In this document: piece by piece, positions 35,733-46,152 of the stretch
Layout of the letters: each line of letters opens with the position of its first letter
How positions within the stretch are numbered: the stretch's first letter is position 1
NCBI GenBank assembly: GCA_965240325.2
Contig: OZ251239.1
Location: 310,001-374,000, forward strand
DNA length: 64,000 bases
Source: Rebecca billardiae RCC1528
Lineage: Eukaryota > Protista > Haptophyta
Direction of reading: 5' to 3'
Notes under the pieces: generated by a model
What the model saw: only the letters and a program-made list of their open reading frames with translations
Database searches by the model: none
What the model was told of the DNA's origin: nothing
Made by a program: the position numbers and the translations under genes

Positions 35733-37101
35733 GGCCAGGCGGCGGTAGTGACACGACGGCGGTCAACACGGAGGGGTCGAGCCGCGGGCACGTGGTCTCG
35801 GCAGCTGCCGCGCGGGCAGCTGGGTCATGCGGGGCGGCGCTGCAGGTTGCACCCGCCGTGTGAGGCGTCGAGCCGCATCCGCTCTGAGGGCTCGATCTGG
35901 GCGGCGGACACGAACGCCGTAAGCGGAGTGCTGCAGGCGGGGCCGCGAGAGGCGGGGCCGCAACAACTTCCGCCGTTATCGCCGGGCGGCGACGCCTAGT
36001 CGCCGCCCTCCTCGCGCGCCATCGCAGTGATCTGACCCCACACGCCTGGCATCATCGCCTCGGAGTAGAAGTGCTTGCCGCGCAGCTCCAAACTCGAGCG
36101 GCGTGCGTGCTCGGAGCAGCAGCCGGCTGCGGATCAGGCTTCAGTCGAATGCATACGCACCTGTGGCTGCCGTGCATGGCCTCCTCACCGAGGAAGAAGG
36201 GTGTTCTGTGGCCATCCATAAAAAAAGGTGCGCACTGGCGCCCGAGCCGCCCGCGCGGCACGCGACCTCAACTGCACCTGTTCCGATCTCGAGCTGTGGG
36301 CAGGGCGGGGTGTCTTGGATCGATGGGGAGACGCTCGGGGAAATTCGTCGGGGTAGTCTGGGACTGCGCGCGCACGCTCCCCGCCCTTCAGCGCGCCGCG
36401 CGTCGCCATGCTGAATTTCCGCGAGCGGGCGGGTGCAGGGGGGGGCCCGTAACGACATCTTTTCCGAAATCTTGCGCTGTGGTATAATTTGAACTACGTA
36501 CTGTGACTCGTGAGTCAGAGTGAGCTACGGTCCCGACGGTCCGCCACACGCGAGGCGCGATCGACCATCATCACGTCGGACTGAATGGCCATGGGGCACA
36601 AACAATGGTGGCCTCGCCAGCCTTAGCTGCTTAGCAGACCTGCTGCCCGCGCGACGTCCTTGAGGCTCACGTCGGCCGCCCGACTCCCGAGTCCCGACTG
36701 CCGAGCCCGACGGGCGGACGGCGGAGCCTGAGGCCCGGACGAGGTGGGCGGCGCGCGGTGTCATAAAGACAGACACAGACTGATGACTAATAAGTAATGA
36801 TCGGACGATCACTCTGCAGCCAGAGCCGGGTTCATATATATCACATACATATATATTAACCTATATCTAATTCTAATATATTGTTATTGATGAAAAAGTA
36901 CTATAACACATGATGGTCGATCTAATATATGCATAATGCGCGTGTCACTCTCCGCCGCGACTCCGCGGGCCGTCAGCAGTGAGTCTCAGCACCGCCCACG
37001 TGGCGCCGCAGACCGCGGCGAGGCCCGAGCCGCTGCCGCCCGTGCGGCGCAGCCGTGCCCGTGTGGCCACCATCGGCGACAGACGTCCGTGGTGGCCCAA
37101 G

Positions 37102-38103
37102 TTACACGGCGCCCGATCGCGCCGGCGTCGCCTCGCGCGCCGCGGCAAGCGCCTGCGACACCGAGCCCTGCGCGCGGCCGCCGAGCCAGCCGGCACGGCC
37201 GCTGCTCAGCGTGGCCGCCACCTTGGTTTGTGCGGCACGGCGTGAGATGTTGGTGACGCGATAGCGATCGACCCAGCTCGTCGGCTTGGCGGGCAAGGCG
37301 GCGGAATCGCCACGGCCAGCCTCAGCGCTGCTCGGCGCGCTCGGCGCGCTCGTGCGCGGGGCGCGGACGGTGGCGACGCTGCTGCTGCGGCTGCTGTCGT
37401 CGCCGCCGCTCTCGGCGACGGCCGCATCCGCGGAGGGCGCCGCGCGCGGTCCGCGCACGCGGCCGAAGATGCTGCCGACGGCGTTGAGCGCGCCCGTCAA
37501 TGTCGCACGAGACGCGCGCTCGGCATCCAGCGTTGCGCACATGAAGGGCTGCGCGACGGCGCCTGCGGGAAGGACAACGGCGTGCGAGCGCGCCGTGCGC
37601 GACAGCAGCTCGAGCGCGCTGTCAGTGCCGATCTGCTCCCATCTCGTGTCGTGGATGAGGAAGGCGAAGGCATCGAACTCGTCCGGCTCGACGCTCATGC
37701 CCGACATGTCGAGCAGCGCGCCCCACGTGGCCAGCTCCGCGCGGCGGAGCACGACCGGGTCGACGAGCGCCGCGTCGGCGACGAGCAGGAGCATGTTGTC
37801 GTAGCTGCGGTCGTTGCAGAACTTGTCGGCGAGGGTGACGCACGTGGCGAAGTGGAGCGGCGCGTGCGCCGCGAAGAGCTGGGCCGGCTCGCTCGTGCAC
37901 GAGCCCTCGTCCACGCTCGCGAGGAGGCGGCCGAGGTACACGCAGGCGAGGACGAGCGACTCCGGCTTGACGCCATCCGTCCAGCGCATGTCGGTCGGCA
38001 CGCCGTTGGGGCTGATGGCGGCGACGAGCTGCCGCACGCGCTTCTGCACGCGCGGCTCGACGTCGGCGTAGGTGCCCTTGTGCGGCACTGCAGGGAGATG
38101 CAT
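37102..38103 (-). CDS. Pho80/U-type (PCL) cyclin-like protein, copy 1
   Basis: cyclin-box pattern ESLVLACVYLGRL..HFATCVTLADKFCNDRSYDN..LRRAEL..MSVEPDEF. Confidence 0.8.
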   Translation of the reverse strand: MHLPAVPHKGTYADVEPRVQKRVRQLVAAISPNGVPTDMRWTDGVKPESLVLACVYLGRLLASVDEGSCTSEPAQLFAAHAPLHFATCVTLADKFCNDRSYDNMLLLVADAALVDPVVLRRAELATWGALLDMSGMSVEPDEFDAFAFLIHDTRWEQIGTDSALELLSRTARSHAVVLPAGAVAQPFMCATLDAERASRATLTGALNAVGSIFGRVRGPRAAPSADAAVAESGGDDSSRSSSVATVRAPRTSAPSAPSSAEAGRGDSAALPAKPTSWVDRYRVTNISRRAAQTKVAATLSSGRAGWLGGRAQGSVSQALAAAREATPARSGAV

Positions 38104-39541
38104 CGTCGAGGGCGTCGAGGGCGTCGAGGGCGTCGAGGCGTTCGACGGCGAGGGAGGGCTTCTCGTCCTGGTGTTGATGCCCGAGTTGTGAGGGTGGACC
38201 GTGGAGGTTGGCCTTGGAACGATTGTTATTGCCGATTGACGTCGTGTCCAATACGGCAAATACCGCTTCAACCGAGGGAAGGGGGCCCCTTGACGCGGCT
38301 GACGTCATACACGACCCGCGCTCATCATAAAAGCTCGCATACGATCGTTCAAGATTGCGACGGTCTCCACTCTCCAATACCCACCCGATGCGAACCGGTC
38401 ACGACAATCTTGCAATAATTCATGACCTCGCCTGTTTTGGCGGGGCTGTCGCGACGGTTCACAACTTGGCTTTCGTTTCGGGAGAAGAAAGTTGGCTTGC
38501 AATATTTTATATTTCTCCCTTGGCTTGTACATAATAAGCATTGGGGATGCTTGGATGCATCAATTTGCCGAAAAATACTGGAAACCCAAGAGAACAATAA
38601 AGGAACGACGACTTCACGCTCCAATCATGCCAGACCTCCGGATGATCAGCCCGACCGCCAGGGCGAGGCCGCGCGATGTCCAGTAGAGCTTCCGATGGGA
38701 CGCAGCGGGGCGGTAGCGAACGGCGGCGAACTACTCTAGCTTGCGCGTGGCGCAGCGCTTTGCCCCCTCGCACCTCGAAGGTCAACTTGAGGCCCGCGCG
38801 CGAGCGCGAGCTTCAGCTTGCGCCGCCGCCGCATTACACGCGGGCCATGCGGGCACCATGGCGCGCGTCTGGCGCGGGAAGCCGCTGGGCACCATGGCGC
38901 GCGTCCACGACCGTACTGTATACATGGCTCACGCGTTCATGGGAAGCGCGCCTCGGGTTGCTCTCAGCGCGCGCGTACTTTGCGAGGACGACAGCTGAAG
39001 CGAGAGGAAGGTGCGGCGGACGAGAAGATGGACGGTTGCGTGGAAGGTTTGCATCTGTCCAGATGCAGACCAGTGGGGAATCCAAATTGCAGATACACCG
39101 GTTCGTTAAGAGCGTCGTCGATTCTCATACGAAAACATCCGTCAATATTCTTCGTAGATATATGAATTTGAATTGTGAACCGTTTGCAAGGCCCCGCCCA
39201 AACCCAACTAGCCACGGGGTGAACTGTATCGGCTGGTTGGCGGCGGCGGACGGTCGGACGGATGAAGTCGAAGATTCACAACTTGTATTACTTGAGGCGC
39301 GGGGCGGGTCGGGATCTTCGGTGGTCTCAAACCGAAATTTGCGGTTACTTAGAACGAATACGCCGGCTCAGTAGTATGGAGCATCGTAACTACTTTATCG
39401 AACCGCCGTAGTATTGGAGACGACGTCAATCAATCGACAGGAACGAATCGTTTGAAGGCCAACCTCCACGGTCCACCCTCACCGCTCGGTCCAGCACACA
39501 CCCGGGCATCAACACCCCCAAGACCCTCGACGCCCTCGACG

Positions 39542-40534
39542 ATGCATCTCCCTGCAGTGCCGCACAAGGGCACCTACGCCGACGTCGAGCCGCGCGTGCA
39601 GAAGCGCGTGCGGCAGCTCGTCGCCGCCATCAGCCCCAACGGCGTGCCGACCGACATGCGCTGGACGGATGGCGTCAAGCCGGAGTCGCTCGTCCTCGCC
39701 TGCGTGTACCTCGGCCGCCTCCTCGCGAGCGTGGACGAGGGCTCGTGCACGAGCGAGCCGGCCCAGCTCTTCGCGGCGCACGCGCCGCTCCACTTCGCCA
39801 CGTGCGTCACCCTCGCCGACAAGTTCTGCAACGACCGCAGCTACGACAACATGCTCCTGCTCGTCGCCGACGCGGCGCTCGTCGACCCGGTCGTGCTCCG
39901 CCGCGCGGAGCTGGCCACGTGGGGCGCGCTGCTCGACATGTCGGGCATGAGCGTCGAGCCGGACGAGTTCGATGCCTTCGCCTTCCTCATCCACGACACG
40001 AGATGGGAGCAGATCGGCACTGACAGCGCGCTCGAGCTGCTGTCGCGCACGGCGCGCTCGCACGCCGTTGTCCTTCCCGCAGGCGCCGTCGCGCAGCCCT
40101 TCATGTGCGCAACGCTGGATGCCGAGCGCGCGTCTCGTGCGACATTGACGGGCGCGCTCAACGCCGTCGGCAGCATCTTCGGCCGCGTGCGCGGACCGCG
40201 CGCGGCGCCCGCCGCGGATGCGGCCGTCGCCGAGAGCGGCGGCGACGACAGCAGCCGCAGCAGCAGCGTCGCCACCGTCCGCGCCCCGCGCACGAGCGCG
40301 CCGAGCAGCGCTGAGGCTGGCCGTGGCGACTCCGCCGCCTTGCCCGCCAAGCCGACGAGCTGGGTCGATCGCTATCGCGTCACCAACATCTCACGCCGTG
40401 CCGCACAAACCAAGGTGGCGGCCACGCTGAGCAGCGGCCGTGCCGGCTGGCTCGGCGGCCGCGCGCAGGGCTCGGTGTCGCAGGCGCTCGCCGCGGCGCG
40501 CGAGGCGACGCCGGCGCGATCGGGCGCCGTGTAA
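39542..40534 (+). CDS. Pho80/U-type cyclin-like protein, copy 2 (inverted near-identical duplicate)
   Basis: reverse complement of copy 1 apart from about three substitutions and one 9-nt indel. Confidence 0.8.
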   Translation: MHLPAVPHKGTYADVEPRVQKRVRQLVAAISPNGVPTDMRWTDGVKPESLVLACVYLGRLLASVDEGSCTSEPAQLFAAHAPLHFATCVTLADKFCNDRSYDNMLLLVADAALVDPVVLRRAELATWGALLDMSGMSVEPDEFDAFAFLIHDTRWEQIGTDSALELLSRTARSHAVVLPAGAVAQPFMCATLDAERASRATLTGALNAVGSIFGRVRGPRAAPAADAAVAESGGDDSSRSSSVATVRAPRTSAPSSAEAGRGDSAALPAKPTSWVDRYRVTNISRRAAQTKVAATLSSGRAGWLGGRAQGSVSQALAAAREATPARSGAV

Positions 40535-41211
40535 CTTGGGCCACCACGGACGTCTGTCGCCGATGGTGGCCACACGGGCACGGCTGCGCCGCACGGGCGG
40601 CAGCGGCTCGGGCCTCGCCGGGCGCGCCTGCTCATCCGTGACTCCCGATGACCGATCGCGCCGCTGGTGACGCCGCACGGGCGCACGGCCTTAGGACACT
40701 AGTATTGTAGTGCGCAGCACTGAGATACTGAGATTCGATATCGTGCATCAGACGCGCTAATGATGTCTGTTAAGTGACTAAGTAGTCGGACGACTCACGG
40801 GCCGATTGTGCCGTCTACTAACCGTGTGAGCCCGTGTCCGTGCTGGCACACTCTGAAGCCGAGCCCGATTCGATGTCAGCACAGTGTGAGTGTCAGTATC
40901 ACAGTGCGGCCGCCGCGGGGGCTTTAAGGAAAATTAATTGAGTAGCGTATGTAAGCAGCTGAAGCAGCAGCAGATTATTAATTGCCTCATCATTACTACT
41001 AGTAGTATTACTAGTTATTATTAAGCGTGTTACCGTTCTAAGTACTACTGTAAAGTGTAATCGGGGCTATGCGCTAGAGTATGAGCAGTATATATATATA
41101 TATATATTCACTGCTATATTATTCAGTATGCCGCTGACAGCGTCAGCTAGCTGTCTCGCCGCTCGCGGTTGCGGAAACTGAACTCGGTTACTCGGACTGA
41201 GTAATATTCAC

Positions 41212-41212
<1 letters not shown>

Positions 41213-41260
<48 letters not shown>
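41213..41260. repeat. (TA)n microsatellite
   Basis: directly visible. Confidence 0.97.
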
Positions 41261-41267
<7 letters not shown>

Positions 41268-41526
41268 ATGTATACTAGTTACGTCCGCGAGGCAGCTGCC
41301 GTCACGCGCCACTCACGGTCAGCAGGCAGCATAGCCGACGCCGCGACGCGCGTATATCGGCTATCGCCTTACTTATCGCGCCTAACCGCACGCGCAGCAC
41401 TTGAACAGCCCGTTCCGGTTCACAGTATTGCAGTCCGACTCCGAGTCGGCCGCGCGACGACGGCCGATCGCCGTGCGACCCGCCCGGAGCTCCGACGTGC
41501 TCTGCGCCGACGCCGCCGCATCGCAC

Positions 41527-43236
41527 TCACGCGCGGCCATCCCGGCGCGCGGCGTCACCGGCGCGGCCGCACAGCGCGAGGCCCTCGAGCCGGCGCGGCG
41601 CGCGTAGCGGCGACGCGTCGCGACGCGCGCGCGCTCCGTGCCCGAGGGCGGCAAGCTGCGAACCCCACGAGAGGACGCGCCCGTCCGCGCCGATGGCGAG
41701 CGCGTGCGCGGAGCCGAGGCAGACGTCGACGACGCGCGCGCGCTCGAGCGCGCGCACGCGCGTGGGCAGCGCCCGCGGCGCGTCGTCGCCGATCGCGAGC
41801 AGCCCGCACGCCGCCTCCGAGTCCCCTAGCCCGCTGCCCCAGCAGTACGCGGTGCCGCCCTCGGCCAGAGCGAAGCTCGCGCCCCAGCCTGCGCTCGCGC
41901 GCACGACGCGCACGGCGGCGAGTGCGGCGACGCGGCGCGGCGCGGCGCCCCGCTCGCGGGGCTCGTCGCCGTGGCCGAGCACGCACGTGCGCCCCGCGCC
42001 CGCGTCTTCAGACCGTCCAAACGAGTAGAGCGCTCCGTTCGCGTCCACGACGAGCGTGTACCGAAGGCCAGCGCTCACGTGCACGGCGGCTGCGCTGCCG
42101 AGGCCGCGCACGCGCGCGGGCGCGAGCGCGGCCGCGGCGGCGCGCGCGTCGTCGGGCGGCGCGCGGCCGTCGTCGCCAAACGCGTACACGCCGCCGCCCG
42201 CCGAGAGCAGCACGCTGTGCGCGCCGCCTGCCGCGACGGCGGTCGCGCGCACGCGCGCCGCGCGGAGCGCCTCGATGCGCGAGGGCGCATTCCGCGGCTG
42301 CGTGTCGCCGAGGCCGAGCCTGCCGTCGCGGCCGTCGCCCCACGCGTACACGTCGCCGTCGGCGGTGAGCACGAGGCTGTGCGCGTCGCCCGCCGCGACG
42401 CACACCGCATGCTCGTGCCGCAGCGCCGTCACGCGCGTCGGGAGGGCGACTGTGCACTTGTGCCCGAGACCAAGCTCGCCGTGAGCGTTGGCGCCGAGCA
42501 CGTACACGGCGCCAGCGTGGGTTGCGACGAGCAGGTGGCAGTGCGTGCGGCCCGCGGCGACGGAGCGGACGCGCACGCCGGCGAGCGCGGCCACGGGCCG
42601 CGGCGCGAGCACGGGCGCCGCCTCGCCGCGCGCCTCGTCGCCGACGCCCGCGCCGCCGCCGACGGCCGGAGGCGCGTGCGGCGCGCCGTCTCCGCAGAGA
42701 TACGAGTGCCACTGGTGGCCCCACGCGTGGAGCGCGCCCGCGGCGTCGACGGCGGCGCCAAAGGAGCACGGGCCGTGGGCGCACGCGACGCCCCCTGCGG
42801 CGATCACGCGCGCGTGCGCGCGCGCGCCGCGCCACACACGCTCGCGCGCGAGCAGCAGGGCAAGCCTCGTGCGCGCGCCGCGCGGCGGCGCGGCTGGCGG
42901 CAGCTGGCCGCGGCCGGCGGTGCGCGCGCACAGCGCGCGCTCGAGCGGCGCCTCGAACGCCCGAGCGGTCGCGTGGAGCGCAGCCAGATCGCACGGCGCG
43001 CGCACGAAGCCGATCACGCGCTCGAGCGCCTCAGCCGGCAGCTCGACGAGCACGAGCGCCGCGCGCGCGGCGCGCGCGCGCGCGCGGCCGGCGGCACGCG
43101 CGAGGGTGGCGCCGAGGCGCGCGTGGAGCGCGAAGAGCTCGTTCAGCTCGGGCTGCGGCGGCGCCTCCGACCCGAGCAGCTCGGCCTCCGCCGCCTCGGC
43201 GGCCGCGGCGAGTGCGCAGACGGTGCGACCGCCCAT
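41527..43236 (-). CDS. RCC1-repeat beta-propeller protein with an N-terminal F-box-like motif
   Basis: repeats such as VAAGDAHSLVLTADGDVYAWGDGRDGRLGLG; LVELPAEALERVIGFV..DL is F-box-like. Confidence 0.85.
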   Translation of the reverse strand: MGGRTVCALAAAAEAAEAELLGSEAPPQPELNELFALHARLGATLARAAGRARARAARAALVLVELPAEALERVIGFVRAPCDLAALHATARAFEAPLERALCARTAGRGQLPPAAPPRGARTRLALLLARERVWRGARAHARVIAAGGVACAHGPCSFGAAVDAAGALHAWGHQWHSYLCGDGAPHAPPAVGGGAGVGDEARGEAAPVLAPRPVAALAGVRVRSVAAGRTHCHLLVATHAGAVYVLGANAHGELGLGHKCTVALPTRVTALRHEHAVCVAAGDAHSLVLTADGDVYAWGDGRDGRLGLGDTQPRNAPSRIEALRAARVRATAVAAGGAHSVLLSAGGGVYAFGDDGRAPPDDARAAAAALAPARVRGLGSAAAVHVSAGLRYTLVVDANGALYSFGRSEDAGAGRTCVLGHGDEPRERGAAPRRVAALAAVRVVRASAGWGASFALAEGGTAYCWGSGLGDSEAACGLLAIGDDAPRALPTRVRALERARVVDVCLGSAHALAIGADGRVLSWGSQLAALGHGARARRDASPLRAPRRLEGLALCGRAGDAARRDGRA

Positions 43237-44055
43237 TGGTTACTGCTACTTTCTCGTTAAGCACGGCGGTGATTCATCATACTGCACCAACATTCGTCCG
43301 CCTCATTCGGTTATCGAAACGACATACTGTACAAGTACTCGGGCCGAGAGGAAACTAGGAAAGCGAGTTCTATCGCCAGATGTACATTCCTGTGGTGTCC
43401 CAAAACAAAATGATAGGACGCCACGCGTAGGGGTACCGGATCATATCCGATGACATATGGGATGCCACTCCGCCCGGCGCCCCGACCCGAAATTTAAGCG
43501 TCATCGCTATCCCCTCGACAGCCCATTAGGCAAATGGTGCAGTGTGAGCGAATTGTGAGCAAGCGTTCAAATCGGTTCAGCTTTGAGCTGCACAGCTTTC
43601 CACCGTTTCAAACGTTTCATGGGGGCGACTAACCAAGTTCGCCAAACGGTTGTGTGGCCGCGTCAACTCCGGCATGCTTTAATCGGCAGGGCGGTACATA
43701 AACCCATATCTTACCAGTACTTTAATCATCTGCGCATCGTCAAGTCCAGGATACCGTCCAACTTGGACAGGTGCGCGCTGATTGGTTTGGACCTCAACCC
43801 TCGCGGGTTCTCAGGTTTCCAGGGGGTGAAGACCATACAATACTGCGCACCTTCTCGCCAACATCTGCCCTATGTGCGAGTATCGGACGCTCGTCGGGGT
43901 TGGGAAACGGTAGGGAAAGTCGTGTGCAAGCTTGCGCAAAGTTTCTCAAATAAGAGGTAGTGTCGCGGTACCCTCGACTTATTTTCGTCAGCGGCGCGAA
44001 CTTCGCGCACCCGAACCCGTGACCCGCAACATCGACCACGACGCCGTCACACACC

Positions 44056-45132
44056 ATGCACCTCCCCGAAGTCCCGCTGGCGGGCACCTACGCCGACGTC
44101 GCGCCGCGCGTGCAGAGGCGCGTGCGGCAGCTCGTCGCCGCCATCAGTTCCAACGGCGTGCCGACCGACATGCGCTGGACCGCAGGCGTCAAGCCCGAGT
44201 CGCTCGTCCTCGCCTGCGTGTACCTCGGCCGCCTCCTCGCGAGCGCGGACGAGGGCTCGTGCACGAGCGAGCCGGCCCAGCTCTTCGCGGCGCACGCGCC
44301 GCTCCACTTCGCCACGTGCGTCACCCTCGCCGACAAGTACTGCAACGACCGCAGCTACGACAACATGCTCGCGCTCGTCGCCGACGCGGCGCTCGTTCTG
44401 CCGGCGGTGCTGCGCGCCGCGGAGTTTTCGACGCTCAGCGTGCTACTCGACACGTCGGGCATGAGCGTCGAGCCGGACGAGTTCGATACCTTCGCGTTCC
44501 TCATCCACGACACGAGATGGGAGGAGCTCGGCGTCGACTCCGCGCTCACGCTGCTCGCGCACATGACGCGCATGCATTCGACTGTCCTGCCGGCGGGCGC
44601 CGTCACGCAGCCGCTCGTGAGGTCAGGCGCAGAGCTGGACGGCGAGGCGCACCCCAAGCCCACCGGCGCAATGCAGGCCATGGGCAGCCTTTTCGACCGC
44701 GTGCGCGGCGCGCGCTCTGTGCACGCCGCCGACCGCACGAGCAGCCGCATCAGTGGCGGCAGCAGCAGCGGCAGCAGCAGCAGCAGCAGCAGCAGCGGTG
44801 GCAGTAGCAGCGGCGGCGGCAGTGGCCACGCTCGGCAGCGCAGTCGCAGCCGTAGCCGCGCGACTGTCGGTGTCGCGGGCGCCACGTCCAAGAGCGTGGA
44901 CGTCTCGGCGCCGAAGCCACCCACCTTTGTCCACCGCATGCGCGTCACCCAAATCCTCTCGCTCGGCGCCCCAGTGAGACGGTCGGCGCCGCATGCGAGC
45001 GACAGCACCTGCACCGCAGCCGGCGCACGTGCGACGAGTGTCCGCGGCCGGTCGTGGGCACACGGCGGCTCGCTCGCGCAGGCACTCGCTGCTGCGCGGG
45101 CGATGCCTGTGCGAGTGACCGCCGCCTTCTGA
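44056..45132 (+). CDS. Pho80/U-type cyclin-like protein, copy 3 (diverged C-terminus)
   Basis: cyclin box nearly identical to copies 1 and 2; different Ser/Gly-rich tail. Confidence 0.8.
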   Translation: MHLPEVPLAGTYADVAPRVQRRVRQLVAAISSNGVPTDMRWTAGVKPESLVLACVYLGRLLASADEGSCTSEPAQLFAAHAPLHFATCVTLADKYCNDRSYDNMLALVADAALVLPAVLRAAEFSTLSVLLDTSGMSVEPDEFDTFAFLIHDTRWEELGVDSALTLLAHMTRMHSTVLPAGAVTQPLVRSGAELDGEAHPKPTGAMQAMGSLFDRVRGARSVHAADRTSSRISGGSSSGSSSSSSSSGGSSSGGGSGHARQRSRSRSRATVGVAGATSKSVDVSAPKPPTFVHRMRVTQILSLGAPVRRSAPHASDSTCTAAGARATSVRGRSWAHGGSLAQALAAARAMPVRVTAAF

Positions 45133-46152
45133 ATGCCGCATGTCATCGTAACACTTGGGTCCTAGAGCTCTTCACTCTTCAGGAGTGGACTCTCCGAAGT
45201 AGCGGCAGCGCACGGCTGAACATGAACATCGGCAGCTCGGGGTGCGCAGCCTCGCGGGAGCCGTGTGGGTAGTTCGGGTCAGTGAGATCTGCATCTCACT
45301 CTGATTAGTATTGACGTCATCAACCTCAAACTACAAGTATCTCAATAAGGTCTGGCGCTCTGCAGTGGCGGATGCCAGCTGAAACTGGGGCTTTTGGCCC
45401 AGTTTGCGATGGCACAGTGGGGGGCTTCGCGGGTCAGTAAACTGGGGAAAAGCCTCAGTTTCAGATGGCACGCGCCCACTGCGGCCGTGCCATCGCAAAC
45501 TGGGCCGAATCGCCCAGTTTGCGTGCGGGGACGCACTGCGGCCGGCTGCAACTTGGCTCAGCATGGGGCAGCTGTCCACAGCCCAGGCGGGGCGTCACCG
45601 CCTGCGGGCCGCCGGTGGGCAGGGCCGACGGCGTCGCAGAGCTCATGCGTGGGAGCGGCGCGTTGAGAAGGCAACCAAGGTCGAGAAGGAGGGGGCAAGG
45701 CCGGCAAGCAGCAGGGGCCACCGGTACGTTCGTACATGCCTCCACACCGGTGCACATCACCCTTGCTCGCGGCCGTGACCTGTGCTGGCACTCACCTCAT
45801 CATCGCCCACCATGCAGTGGCGGCCGAGCTAAGGCGAATACTCACAGGCACCGAACACGCATCGGCGGTGCCCACTGGTGCTGGCATGCTGTCCTCTACT
45901 TGCTGTCGGACAGCAAGCGGAGACGGCACCGCCGCAGCTGCGAGCGGGTGAGGTGCTGCTCTGCTCAGCGAGGCTGAGAGGCTGAGCACGGATCACGGAT
46001 GGTGAGCCCTGGTCTCTCAACGCATCCAGGAGAGCAGTTGGTGCATAACTGTGCTCAGGCGTGCAGGACCAACCATCCGGTGCTGCTTCAAGCACCCGCG
46101 CCAACAGCGGCGGTACTCAACTCCACGCTGCTCATGCGGCCACACAGCTGCA

